Positions 10,808 to 22,983 of a stretch of 64,000 nt of DNA are shown here, in pieces. The stretch is from the NCBI GenBank assembly GCA_964019335.1, contig OZ025686.1:496001-560000 (forward strand), in the 5' to 3' direction. The notes under the pieces are model-generated. The model searched no databases. It was not told the DNA's origin and saw only the letters and a list, made by a program, of their open reading frames with translations. Position 1 is the first letter of the stretch, and each line of letters opens with the position of its first letter. A program made the position numbers and the translations under genes. The DNA is from Diplonema japonicum. Its lineage: Eukaryota > Protista > Euglenozoa: Diplonemea.

Positions 10808-11103
10808 CTTTATATAAATATGAAAATAATAAATAGAAACCAAATAAAAAATAACCCTCCTTTTTTTTTATAGCTCCTCCATCAGGGAGCACTGACAAGA
10901 GGCAACCGAATGGACCATGTAAGAGTCACTCTGGTTCATGATGCACCATACACCAGAAGTTAAGTATGTACTTGGCTTCTTTGTGGGTGTGCCTGAAAAG
11001 TTATATAACAGTGAGACAGTACACATTTTTTTTTCCCATGTATATTTGTAACCTTCTTTTCTTTCACATCTACACAATTAATAGGTTAGGTTATCATAAC
11101 AAA

Positions 11104-11944
11104 ATGACGGTCGATGATTCCAAGAACTGGGCGGACATGGTGGAGGACGATGGTGGTGAAGAGGCCTTTGAGACGCCCACTGGTGACAAGGTTGAGTGCA
11201 AAACCCTGGAGGATGGGACAAAAGTTCTGACAGAGATTGTGAGCAAAGACGGTGGGAAGTTTAAGGTCACAAAATATATGAAGACAATTAAAAAAGAGAA
11301 AAAAATATACCCTGCTGCAGTGGAAAGACAGAAGCGATGGGTGAAGTTTGGGAAGGCAAAGGACAACTCGGCTGAATTGACTGTGGTGTGTGAACCGTCG
11401 AAGCTTGAGCTTGGGAAGAAAGAAGAAATTGACAAAACGAAAATGGAAAGCGAGATTCAGAAGATGGTGCGTGAGGTCTCGATTGCTGTGGCCGGCGGCG
11501 GTGGTGGTGGTGCTTATGTTGCACCGACGAAGTCCTCTGCGTCAGAGGCGACAGCAGGAGCCACCGACGAGTCTGGGAAGAAGACATATGTTGCCCCTGG
11601 GAGGGGAGCAGGTGAGGCGTCAGGCGGTGACTCTGGCAAACCGCAGAGGGATGACTCATGCACTGTCAGGATCACCAATATCTCGGAAGACATTTCTGAG
11701 GACGACCTTAGATCCTTGTTCACGCAGTATGGGCAGATCTCCAGGTCTTACGTCGCTGTCGATAGGGTATGCAGCACAACACATACACGTACACATGATA
11801 CAGGTCACCAAGGAGAGGCGTGGTTTTGCATTCATCACCTTCAAGAAACAGGAGGACGCAGCCAACGCCATCCGCAACTTGGACAGGCACCCATTCAACC
11901 ACGTTATCCTCAACGTGGGGTGGGCAAAGCCCCCGCAGAACTAG
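11104..11944 (+). CDS. EIF3G: Translation initiation factor eIF3 subunit g; exons 11104-11766, 11804-11944
   Basis: N-terminal NWAD and WVKFG motifs. C-terminal RRM (VRITNISED...RGFAFITF) is completed by removing a 37-nt GT-AG intron. Confidence 0.9.
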
Positions 11945-12434
11945 AAACAATCGTCACCAGACGAGAAAGAAAATCAAAGAAAAAAACATCATTTTTAGTG
12001 TGCCCCTCTTTTTTTTCTCTTTTTTTTTTTCTTCCAGACTAACTGAGTGAGCGCGAAAACGCAAACCTTTAAATGTCTGGTGGGCTTTTTTTCTTACCTC
12101 GTTAAATACCCCCCTTCTTTTTTGCCACCTCACATTTTCTGTTTATTCCTTTTGTTGCTTTTTTTTTCTTACATTTCTTTCTTTATTTTTTTCCCAGCCC
12201 ACCTTCTATTGATAGTTTACCCTCACCTTGTCCCCCCTTTTTTTTGATTTTTTCTTCACATACCGTACTTCCACAATGTTCCATTAGCAAAACACAACAC
12301 GAAGACAGAGTAATGCAGTCCTCCCTCCAAACCATGGGTAGCAGGGCAGTGCTCTTATCGTTCTTCTTGTTTAGTACTAGTGCTTTGCTTGTGAGTATTT
12401 GTGCTATTTGAGCATTCCATGCATCCACAGGAAT

Positions 12435-14231
12435 ATGTCTCACGGACGGGATACGAGAAGACTTTCTTTCGCACCCAATGTGCATGAGGTTGTTGGAGAC
12501 GATGGGACTGTGGAGCCCTTTGGATGGGTCACCAGCGGGGAGGCACCTCTCGAGCGTCATAGCAGTATAGGCAGTGATATGAGCAGGAGGAGGAAGCAGT
12601 CGCGCAGCGGGAGCCTTGCCTTGCAAAGATGGTGGAACAGTGAAAGCATCGGGCAGCCACAGGCACTGAAGGGCGTCACGGCCTTCCATGACGTGGAGGA
12701 GATCGGGTCAGCACTTCGCAAGTGCGCAGACAACACTAGGGAGAGGCTCAAGTCCATCGACGCAGGTGTGCTGTTTCCTGAGCCAGAGGACGCTGAGGAC
12801 ATCGGGGAAGATGAAGAGATTTACAGCCAGCTACCTGAGTCAGACCTCGAATTAGTCAGAACGGAGCTACAGGACAGGGAAGAGCAGCTCCTTCAAGCCG
12901 TGCAGCTTGGGACAGGTCTGCTCGACCAGCTGAACGATGTGAGAGCAGAGGCCGCCCTTAATGAGGAAGTCCTGCAACAGAAGATAGACGAGATGTCCGA
13001 AGAGATGCAAATGCAGAACTCATACATCACAAAGTACAAGACATCTCTGATGTACCTGCTGAACGTGGAGGAGGAGCTTGTCAACAAATCTGTCGAAAAC
13101 GACACGCTACAGACAGAGCTGCAGTCACTCTCGGTACGCGCATCAGATGCCTCGAACATTGCTTGGCAGGAGAAGAAGATGTTCGATGATGAAAAGAAGT
13201 TGGCATTGCGAGAGAAGTTGAACGAGGAGCAGTCGGCCGAAGTGACCATGAAGCTAAGGGAGTTGAACAACTGGAAAGCCAAAGCTGCAAGGACAGAGAG
13301 GTACGAGAGAGAGATGCTTGCTGCGCAGAAAGAAACGCACATCATGGAAAAGGAAGTGCATCGTCTCAAGAAACTTGTGGCTGACAGGGATAACACTGTC
13401 TATGGTCTGAGGACACAGCTCAGCTCACAGCGCGAGGAATGGAACAAAGCTTCGTGCGAGTCGACGATTGCAAGACTGAAGAAAGACGCCGTCGTGATGA
13501 GGAACAAGATCACTGCACAACAGGAGATGCTGCGTAACACAGAGAACGAAGTCCAGCACTACAGAGCGCTTGCTGAGAGGCTCAACAGCAAGACAAAGCA
13601 AGTGGCTTCCGGGACGGCGAAGCAGACGTTGCAGTCCTTGCACAACTCACAGTGCATCAAATTAGCAACCGAGAGAATCCTGTCCGAAATAGCTGCTATG
13701 AAGGATGATTTGTATTCCGAGTTCAACCTGTGGTTGAAGGCAGTGGCCGACATGTCCAGGGATAATAGGGCGCAGGGGGACGTGCTCAGGCGGTTGAGAG
13801 CAGAGAACAGAGTATTGAAGGACAAAGTGATGCAGCAAGAAGTCCTGGACTCGGACATCGGGAAGCAAACGGCACGAGCGAAACTAGTCTATGGCAGCCA
13901 GCTGCTCACAAAGGAAGTGACATCCTTGAGGGATGTGTCCCGTTCTATCCGTTCCCAAGCCTCCGTGAGGCAGGTGACAGAGAAGGAGGTCCAGGAGCTT
14001 GCATGCTCAGTTGCTTCGTTGTCAAAACACTTTGTGGCTTTCTTGGGCACGCTTCTCGGTCCCTCTGAGAAGAAACAAATAGGCATCACCATGGACAGCT
14101 CTCAAGAAGCCATGAGCCCGCATCTAAACAGCTCACGTGTGATAGTGAAGCCCAAGAGGCGTGCGACTGCTGCCACAGGACTGCGATCAGTCCCTCCAGC
14201 ATACTCCAAAGGGAGATTGAAGATGTTCTGA
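12435..14231 (+). CDS. Long coiled-coil protein (598 aa)
   Basis: Long ORF with E/K/Q/L heptad character; first ATG follows a CAG acceptor. Confidence 0.85.
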   Translation: MSHGRDTRRLSFAPNVHEVVGDDGTVEPFGWVTSGEAPLERHSSIGSDMSRRRKQSRSGSLALQRWWNSESIGQPQALKGVTAFHDVEEIGSALRKCADNTRERLKSIDAGVLFPEPEDAEDIGEDEEIYSQLPESDLELVRTELQDREEQLLQAVQLGTGLLDQLNDVRAEAALNEEVLQQKIDEMSEEMQMQNSYITKYKTSLMYLLNVEEELVNKSVENDTLQTELQSLSVRASDASNIAWQEKKMFDDEKKLALREKLNEEQSAEVTMKLRELNNWKAKAARTERYEREMLAAQKETHIMEKEVHRLKKLVADRDNTVYGLRTQLSSQREEWNKASCESTIARLKKDAVVMRNKITAQQEMLRNTENEVQHYRALAERLNSKTKQVASGTAKQTLQSLHNSQCIKLATERILSEIAAMKDDLYSEFNLWLKAVADMSRDNRAQGDVLRRLRAENRVLKDKVMQQEVLDSDIGKQTARAKLVYGSQLLTKEVTSLRDVSRSIRSQASVRQVTEKEVQELACSVASLSKHFVAFLGTLLGPSEKKQIGITMDSSQEAMSPHLNSSRVIVKPKRRATAATGLRSVPPAYSKGRLKMF

Positions 14232-15075
14232 TATAATGTATCACCACTCTCCATGTCCATGTCCCCCCCCCCCCCCCCCCCATCCCCTCCCTACTTATAA
14301 AAGGTTGAGATGCCGCTACCTGATGCGTGCCCCTCCTTGCGTCAATTCTTTACACAGCCATGTACCGCAGGTAAGACAAGTAAGCGGCTGTGGTCGAAGA
14401 ATTAATACCTTAACAAAGCACCTCACCCGATGATCCCATGCTCTTTTGATGCTTTTGTTATACTCCTTAATTTTTTTCTTTCTTTTTTGCGAGCTGACTA
14501 CCGACTTCCCTCCATATTATGTTCCCTCCCCTTCACCCCCCTCAGCGAGGGAAGAAACAAAGAAGAGAGCAAACAAGAAAAAAAAGACACCCGAGTTTTT
14601 TTTCCTTTTTCTTTTTCGGTTTTTTTTCTTCCACACTCTGGTCTTTATGTGCTTTTAATTCTTTTCCCATAACCCTCCGCTCCCTTTTATATTCCCATTC
14701 TTTTACGGCACTAACCGTCCTACTTATCACACGTTATGTTCTGTTCACTTTCCTCTTGAAAGGCGTCACCCGACTGTCCAGTGGAGCGGACATGTGCATA
14801 TAACAGTTCCTTGCCCCAGGCACCACGAAGCCTCCAGGCCCATTCCTGGTGCCATGAATAGCCAACACGGAGCTCTTGAAGACCCCGCTGCTTAATCTTC
14901 GGCTGAGCCACCTAGACCTTGCTTGGTAAGAGAGTATGTTTGCTTTTGTCGCACAGGTCGGTGCGTTACACACCAAAACCTTCGGGCCTTCCCCTGCACA
15001 TACCCCAACTACTTTGCTTGTTTATTTACTTCGTACTTCACCAGCTTACCACAGGTACACTCCCATACAAGAACA

Positions 15076-16296
15076 ATGGTCAATGCCAAGTGGATGCCTC
15101 AGTTTATGATGGTTGCCCCTCAGCCACCTATCAACTTCCACCAGGTGATCCAACCGCAGCATTTGATCCACCAACAACACTTTGACCAACTTCAGCACCA
15201 GCAGCAGCAACAACAGCAGCTGCAGCAACAACAACAGCAGCAGCAACAGCAGAGCCGGCACGGGATGACTGTAGGGTGCATGCCTGTGCTCTTCGATATC
15301 GAGAAGGTCAACAATGCCGAGAAAGGAGGGCTGAACCCGCTGGTGGAGGTGGTGAAGAATCTCGACAAGTGGGGCATTACTGTGACCGATCCATTGGAGA
15401 AAAGGAAAGTGGCGTGTCCCCTGTTCAAGATATGGGTCACAAACGGGCTTCTTGACAGCAGCAGTAAGTCGCACACACACTCCATCTGCATCCTGTACCA
15501 GAACGGGAGGTGCAAGGTTGAGAACAACTGCAATCAGATCCACGTGGACCGGGTGTACTACGCACAGCAGAGAACAGGCGTCCCGTGCTGCGCTGAGCAC
15601 TACGACTTCTTCACATCGTCCCTGCTCGCTGCTAACGTAGTGCAGCTGCCTGTTGTTATCCTCATCGTGACGCTGAAGGGTGTCAGGGTGCCTTATATCT
15701 GGCCCGCAAACCTCGTGTCGCTGTCGCTGGGGCTGGCTCACTGTCCCGTGAAGAAGATCGACGGCAGGGACTGCATGATCATCGAGTCCAGCAGGGTGTG
15801 CCAAGTCTGGCAGGGAGCTAGGTGTTCGTACGGGAAGGAGTGTAACTATGTGCACCTGTGCAGGAAGGTGTACGAGAATCTGCCCAAAGACGCTGCTGCG
15901 CACAGGGTAAAGAAGGCCCCTTCGTCCGTAAACTCGTCGGCCAGCACGGTCACGCTGACTCCGCCTGCTTCGCAGTTGCCATTGAAGACAGTGCCATTGC
16001 CACCACCGCTGCCCTCTGCAGGCCAGACTGCCCGCGACAACGACAACACTGGCTTCGTCACTCGAGCGAGCACCACGCGCGACTTCATCAGCATCCAGTC
16101 CACCGAGCCCATGCAGGCACCGCCCCTCACCAATACGGAGAGCATGGAAGACCTCGTGTCACATCTGCCGCTCTCCTTCTCCAGAGAGTCTTCTCCCATC
16201 GCTCCTGTCGATGACGAAGTTCTAATTAACTTCGCAAGCAAGTTCACACGGCAACCGTGTACTCAGCCCACTACCTCACCTGCCGCTGCCGAATAG
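15076..16296 (+). CDS. CCCH zinc-finger RNA-binding protein with polyQ tract
   Basis: Two C-x7-C-x5-C-x3-H fingers (CILYQNGRCKVENNCNQIH, CQVWQGARCSYGKECNYVH) and an N-terminal Q run. Confidence 0.9.
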   Translation: MVNAKWMPQFMMVAPQPPINFHQVIQPQHLIHQQHFDQLQHQQQQQQQLQQQQQQQQQQSRHGMTVGCMPVLFDIEKVNNAEKGGLNPLVEVVKNLDKWGITVTDPLEKRKVACPLFKIWVTNGLLDSSSKSHTHSICILYQNGRCKVENNCNQIHVDRVYYAQQRTGVPCCAEHYDFFTSSLLAANVVQLPVVILIVTLKGVRVPYIWPANLVSLSLGLAHCPVKKIDGRDCMIIESSRVCQVWQGARCSYGKECNYVHLCRKVYENLPKDAAAHRVKKAPSSVNSSASTVTLTPPASQLPLKTVPLPPPLPSAGQTARDNDNTGFVTRASTTRDFISIQSTEPMQAPPLTNTESMEDLVSHLPLSFSRESSPIAPVDDEVLINFASKFTRQPCTQPTTSPAAAE

Positions 16297-16299
16297 TGT

Positions 16300-19200
16300 G
16301 ACCAGTGTCCCTTCCTTGTTGTAAACACTACTAGTTATAACCCTTCTGAAGGGTGCGAACGAAAGTCTGAAAGTCAAGTTGAACGGAAAGGCTCCAACAA
16401 GAAAGGAACGAAAAAAAAAAAATGGGAAAAAAAAACACAGAAAAAAAAAGGGAGAAATAAGTGGGGGAAGTGTAAACTGGCAAGCAAAAGGGAGAAGTGA
16501 GGTTTCTTTTTTTGCCTGCCAAGCCACCCCCTGCACCCTGTGCTATGCTGCAAAGCCATCTTTGCTATTTTTATACTTTTCTATACTCTAACTGCCTTGT
16601 CTTTTTTTTTTTCCTCTTTCTTTTCCTCTTTTTTTTCCAGCTATCATTTGTGTTATAACTAACGAGACATCGCCTTTCAGGTGGCATAAGGACAGCGAAG
16701 GCCCTGCTGTGCTCCAGCAGGGCTGCTATGCTGCCGTTGTGGATGGGGCCTGGCCAATAGAATTACTTCCACCGTCCCACCCATGCTATCTGCACCCGCC
16801 CTTCTTATGTGTCATTTGCCAATATGTCACTCCTGAGTGGGCATCCATGTCCTTCGCATCTTCGTGAGTTGTGGCGGGTTGCTCTTACTTTTCCTTACTA
16901 CATTTCCGAAGTATTTTTTCTTCTTCTTTGGGAGCGCGAAAATGCGAAACCTTGAACCAGTTTTTTTTTTTCTTTTCCTCCATGTGACATAAACATATAA
17001 AAAAAATAAAATAAAAAAGAACAGGGAAAGGACACAGCAACAGAAACCCCGAAATGGAAAAAGAGGAAAAAAAATATTGGAATTTTTTTCTCATCTGTTG
17101 TCCTCTTCCCCCCCAAAAAAAAATGTTCCAAAAAAAAAAGAGGGGGGATTTATAGGATGTTCCCTTTCTTTGTACGCACAACCTCTTTCGTTTCGCCATT
17201 CCACGCATATTTTTTGTTTTAAAAACTTTTTTTTTATGATGAACAGAAACGCTTGTTATTGTAAGTATCGAAGAAAAAAAAAAGAATATTCTGGCAGCGT
17301 AGCAAAGTATCTCTTTTTAATTAAGTACACGGCAGAATGGGCCAAACACAAAAATGAGGCGATTGCCTTTAAGGTGATCCTGTCGTTTACTGCAAGTTTC
17401 CCTTCAAAGACCGTTATGTGCACAAGTGATGTTGCAATCAAAGAAATAACTTGCCTATACCCCCATTTTTTTTTTTTTTTTTTGCCTTCTCAAGTTTTTT
17501 TTCTTCGTTCTCTCGATATTGTTATTTAGTTTTTGCCCCCCCAACCCACTGGCCCTTCATCTGGAACAAAAGGAAAAGGAGAATGGAGCATTTCAAATAA
17601 AGCACTTTACATACCATACCTGACTCCTTCTGAACATGCCTAGTTTTTTCTCCTCTTCACTCCCATTCCTATCCCCCTTTGGTTGTTAAACACAAAAGTG
17701 TCTATTTTTTTTTTTAGAGGGGTTTTGTTTTAAAAACAGTTTTTTTTTTTTTTTTTCAAAAAAAAAAAATAATACGAGAGTGTCTTCCCCTCTCTCTCCT
17801 CCCTTCCTCAGTTATGCAAAAAAGAAAAAAAAAAAGAAAAAGGAAAGAAAAAAAAAGTGAACAGTTGAACGAAAATTGTTAAACATTCAGACATTTCACA
17901 CTTCGTCACCTCGTCTTCTTTTGTCCGCTCCCACACCCCCCCCCATGTATTTTCCACCTTGTTTTTTTTTTTAAAGTACACACTTTCGAAGGCTCGACAG
18001 AAGAGAACAAAAAAAAAAAAAAAGAAAAGAGAAAAAAAGAAATAGATCGAAACAGTTATATCATACTAGTGCTAAGGGAATGTGTCCCTGCTATTTTTTT
18101 TTTATATTTTTTTTTTTATTTATCCCCACCGTCACAGCTTCTTTGGGCTAGACAAACAAAAATAGTATGACATTTTTTTTTTTTTATTATTATTATTCAC
18201 TGTTCATACCTTGCAACCTAAACTACTTTCTTTTAATATAATTTCAGGATATCTTTAGACTCACGACAAAAAAAAAAATCCTTAAAAATCAAACCCCGCG
18301 ACAAAATCCTGAAATTTCTAAAAAAAAAAAAAAAGTAGCCTTAAAATTTTTAGATTGCAAGGGTATAGCTGTTATAAAAAAAAGTTTCCAACCCCCCCCC
18401 CCCCTCCCCCCCTCAGGAAATTGCCACTGTTTAGATTCAGTTTTCTTTGATCTTCTTTAAAAGAAACTTTTCTAAACCCCCTTCCCAACTGCGAGTGGTG
18501 ATCTCTTTAGAAAAAGTAAATTTTGTTCCAAAAAAAAAAAAATGAAACAGAGGCAGAGCCTTCTCCTCCCCTTCTTTTTGAACCCCTCTCCTTTTATCTA
18601 CCCATACTCTTTGCCCCAACAATAAAGAAAGTTAGTTTTCCCCTTTACCCCCTTTGTTCCCTTCTCTCTCCTTTGTTGTTAGTATTCTTTTTTTCTTTCA
18701 GTACAGCGAAGGGAGTACCTTGAGCCTACCCACGTCATCGACATCTCTGAGACAGAGGCAATTTTTTTTTTTGTTGAATACCTTGTCACTCCAAGGCAGT
18801 ACGGGGCGTTGGCGTGATTCCTTTAGAGATATGAGGGTTGGACCGTGCACAGATTTGGTAACGCACCTAGTTGGTCCTATGGGACTGCTCTATGTCGATT
18901 GAGCCGGGGGAGCTTCTCTTCTTTTTTTTTATTTATTAATTGTTCCCTTTCCCTACTCAAAGCCTTGCCAGACCTTTGGGTTCTTCCTTGACCAGTTCCC
19001 GTTTTTGTTTCAATGTTTTCCCTTTTTTTTAAAGTTTCAGCTTTTTGGGTATTCTTTTTTTTGGGGGGGGGTGAATCTTTCCTTTTCCAAATGTAAAAAA
19101 AAAGTTCTTCACTCCTTGTTGTTTTTTTTTCTTTGATGGAACACCCCCATTTTTTTTTGTCGTTTAACGCCCTCACCGTTATGTGATGGCACGTGGGTGT

Positions 19201-19850
19201 TGGTCAGGCCTTGCTGATACCCACTGTCATCACTCATGATTGTAATTTAGCACGTCGCTGCTTTATAGGGGATTTGTAAAAAAAGAAACAAAAAAAAAGA
19301 AACAAAAAAGGGCAGCATCAGAAAAGGGCCATTTGTGTGCCGGGTCCATTCTGACACCTTTTATTTATTTTTTGCCAAAAGGAAAGGGGGGGGGGGGAGA
19401 AAGAAAGAAAGAAAGAAAGAAAGAAATCCACTTTCAGTGTAGGGGTTTTTTTGTTCTCTCTTCTCCCTCCCCCCCCCCCCCCCGCAATATTCTTTTTTTT
19501 TTAAAAAGAAAACAAATACCAAAAGAAAGAATACTATCATGTTTTCCATCACCAGCCCATTATAGTCCCCCCCCTTCTACCCTGCAGTAAGTTTTTTTTT
19601 TGTTTTGTGTTTTAAAGTTCTGTTTTTCCCACCACTTGCGGCCCCAATACCCCCCTTCCCTCCATCCACTCTGAGGCCGCTCAGTTCGCTGCAAACATTT
19701 TTTATTATTTTTTTTATATTAATACTAGTGGGGTTGCCCTGTTTTCAAGAAGGGCAAGAAAACAATCTAACTTCTAAATTCTTCGGCATCCCCCAATATC
19801 CCCCCTCCCCACCTCTGTATTGAGAAATCAGAATTTTTATTTACCTCCGC

Positions 19851-19887
<37 letters not shown>

Positions 19888-20192
19888 GCATGTGAAAGAA
19901 AACAGCGCACCATGTTTGCCGTTCTTAGGAACGAACAACCAAGAAGAAAGAAAATAGAACTCAAAAGAAGGGAAAAAAAAAATGAAATTAAAAAATTCGC
20001 AAAGCTACCTTTCACCCCCCCCCCCCTTTACAGTAAAGAGAGTTTTAAATATTTTACTGCCTTATAAAAGAAATACTCCGTTTGCCGAAAATAATAAAAA
20101 AAAGAAAATACCCGTGAGAGAAATCTTGAATTCCTTATTTTTTCCCGCCAGAGACATAGAGGGTACAATGTGGAGACCAAAATTGTCATTGT

Positions 20193-20225
<33 letters not shown>

Positions 20226-22900
20226 ACCTCGTGCCACTTAAACAAAGATTTTTTTATATTCCTCTACATCAGCTGAAATTCTCTCCCCCCTTTACTGTAA
20301 CCCCCCCCCCCCATTCTCTATCTTATAGTTACTTTTTTTCGAACGGATAGTTTACCGCAGTTTTCTTTTATCGAGTTTTCCCATCTCCTCCCCCCCATTG
20401 TTTTTGTTTTTATAAGCCACAAAACAACAAAGAACTGGTTAGCGAAGGCCTGGGGAGGAACCCTTTTGGTGTGCCAATGACACATCACTATTGCTGCGAA
20501 GGAGGGACATTGGGGGGAAAAAAAAATATTAAGGGAAAAAAAAAAAGAAACAGTTATAGCAAGCGCGCATACCACTCTCCCCTCTTTTTTTCTTCTTCTT
20601 TTTTTTTCTCCTATGCATACTGAAACCCCCCAAAAAATGAATTTAGTGAGACCTGTTCTAGGTACTTGGAACATCATTTTCCTTTCTTTTTGGTTTCTGG
20701 AAAAAATTCCCCCTCCCCCGATTTGGGTTTCAAGTATGTTATGTGTAAATTTCGCTCGGTGCCCTACAGGTATTTTCCCTCCCCCGCCTTCCTGCCCCCA
20801 AAGCTAATCACACAACTTTGTTGAAGTTACTGTTGCTTTTGTTTCTCTCTTTTTTTTTTTTTTTTTTTTTTGGTCTTCTCGTTATATTTTATGCCCCTTT
20901 TTTTATTTATCTTTCGTGCTTTCAATGAAAGGGCCGCCCCATAGGCCCAACCCTAGTTTTCTTTATTTTCACATTTATCGCTTTAAAAAAAAAAAAAAAA
21001 AGGGAGGAAAATTCATTTTTTTTTAAAAAAAGAAATCCTGTTCCTTTCCAAGAACCAACAAAAAAAAAATCCTTCCCTTCCTTCGGAAGTGGAGGGTGTG
21101 CCTCCTCCCCTCCCTCCACCCCAGTTTACCAGTTTTGCCCTCTTTTCCCATTTGTGTTTGTCTTATATATTAAAGTGAACCATCCTTTTATCCCCAATTG
21201 CATTTTAGGCGAAAAAGATATTGAAGTTTCTTCAGAAGTGGGGGGGGGAAGAAAACTGAATTGCAAAAAAAGAAGGAATTAAATATTCTTCTTGGAGTTT
21301 TCTTTTCCATATGTTTTGACCCCCCCCCCCCCCCCAGTATTCCTTTTTAATGCTGGCTAATACCAACCAGCAGGTTTATTGGAGGGTTGTTCTGGTAACC
21401 GCAAGAAAAAAAAGAGTTGAGTTTTATAAAAATGATAATATTATAGTATGCTGTCACCACCACCCACATGATTGGTTTTTTTCTTAGGAAAAATAAGAAT
21501 AAAAAACGTACTTTTTCTTTTTCCCACCACCGCTACCACCAGTCAGTTGTATGCAACTCGTGTAAATTTTAGTACACATGTTTTTTTTTTTTTTTTTCCT
21601 TTCCTTTCCTTTCCTTTCCTTCCCCCTCTGGGGAAGTGGGAAGGAAGGTACACATGAGCGCCTTTTTTTTTCTTTGCTAAAAAACAAAAAAAATAGAAAG
21701 GAAGAAAACATGAACACCGACATGAACAAACAAAAAAAACCCCCCTGTTAAAGAGAGCCACACCCTCTCGCTTAGAATTTTTTATTACACTTTTTTTATG
21801 TTTTTTTCCCCCCTTTTCTTAGCCGCCTACACACAGCTTCCCCAAGGGGAAGCATTTAAGGGGGAAAAAAAAGAAATGAGAAGATCAAATTTTGTATCTT
21901 CCCCACTCCCCCCCCCTTTTTTTTGTTTTGCTATCCTTGTGCTAAAAAGGGTTTTTTTTTCTTTTTTTTTTTACACCCATGGTAGGTGGTGTCAAGGAGT
22001 GGGATTTTGCCTTCTCTAGTGTTTTGTACAATACTCACCCACCACTTTCCCCTGCCCTTTGTCAGCTTCCATCACATACATCTATACCTTTTTGTTCTTC
22101 CCCCCCCCCCCCTTCTCCCCCAGTATTTTTTTTACAAGCCCCTTGCTACTGTCCCCCCCACCCCTTGTCTCGCCGGTCTTCTAATAAGAAATCGCTTTTT
22201 TTTTTCCTCCCTCAGTCCATCTCCTTTTTTCTGTCCCTTTTCGTAGGTGTGACATGTCACTCTCCTTCTTACTTCCTCCTTTTCTCCCCCCCTTCGGAAA
22301 GATGTAAATAAAAAGTGCATGCAAGCCTTACTTCAGTTCCCGGGTTTCCTTTTTTTTTAAAGTGCTTTCGATCAACAAACAAGAAGAAAATTAAAGAAAA
22401 AGGGAGAGGGATGAGGTGACTCGACTTTGTATGGCAGGACTTTTATTATTGTTTTTTTTTCTCGTTCTTTTTAAGGGCTTTCACAAGGTGACGAAGTTGT
22501 GGAGATACTATGTTTGCATACAAAATAAGCAACAAGTCTTCTTTTTTTTTTTCTCCATTCTTTTTTATTCACAACTTGCGGGTACAATTCTCTTGCAGAA
22601 GGAGAAACAAACAAAAAAAAGGGCGAACCAACCCTCCGGGATTTTATAAACGAAAATACTGGATGCTAGGTGTGATTAAAGAAGAACAATACATATAGAG
22701 GACAAAATGTCAAGGAAGAAGTTTAAAAGAAAAAGAAGAAAAAAGAAAGAGGAAGGACGAAGGAGGGGGAAAAAATAAGGTTGATTTCTTGTTACTCCTG
22801 CTCCTGCACGGCACCTCTCCTTCTCCTTCATTTACACAGAAGAAGGGTTCACACCGCTCACTGGATTGCTGCCCATCACTTCCCAGACAGCCTGCCCCCA
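16300..22900. other. 6.6-kb non-coding, homopolymer-rich intergenic/UTR region with GC-rich islands
   Basis: Dense poly-A/T/C/G runs; only low-complexity F/K/P ORFs. Confidence 0.8.
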
Positions 22901-22983
22901 TATACATATCCCCTCTCTCCTTGTATTGTTGCAACCCACCCTACCTGCTTATACCACCACAGCATTATCACTTATCATCTAAA

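Noticed and set aside
16300-22900. Many 60-150 aa ORFs
   Set aside because: Poly-F/K/P translations of homopolymer runs.
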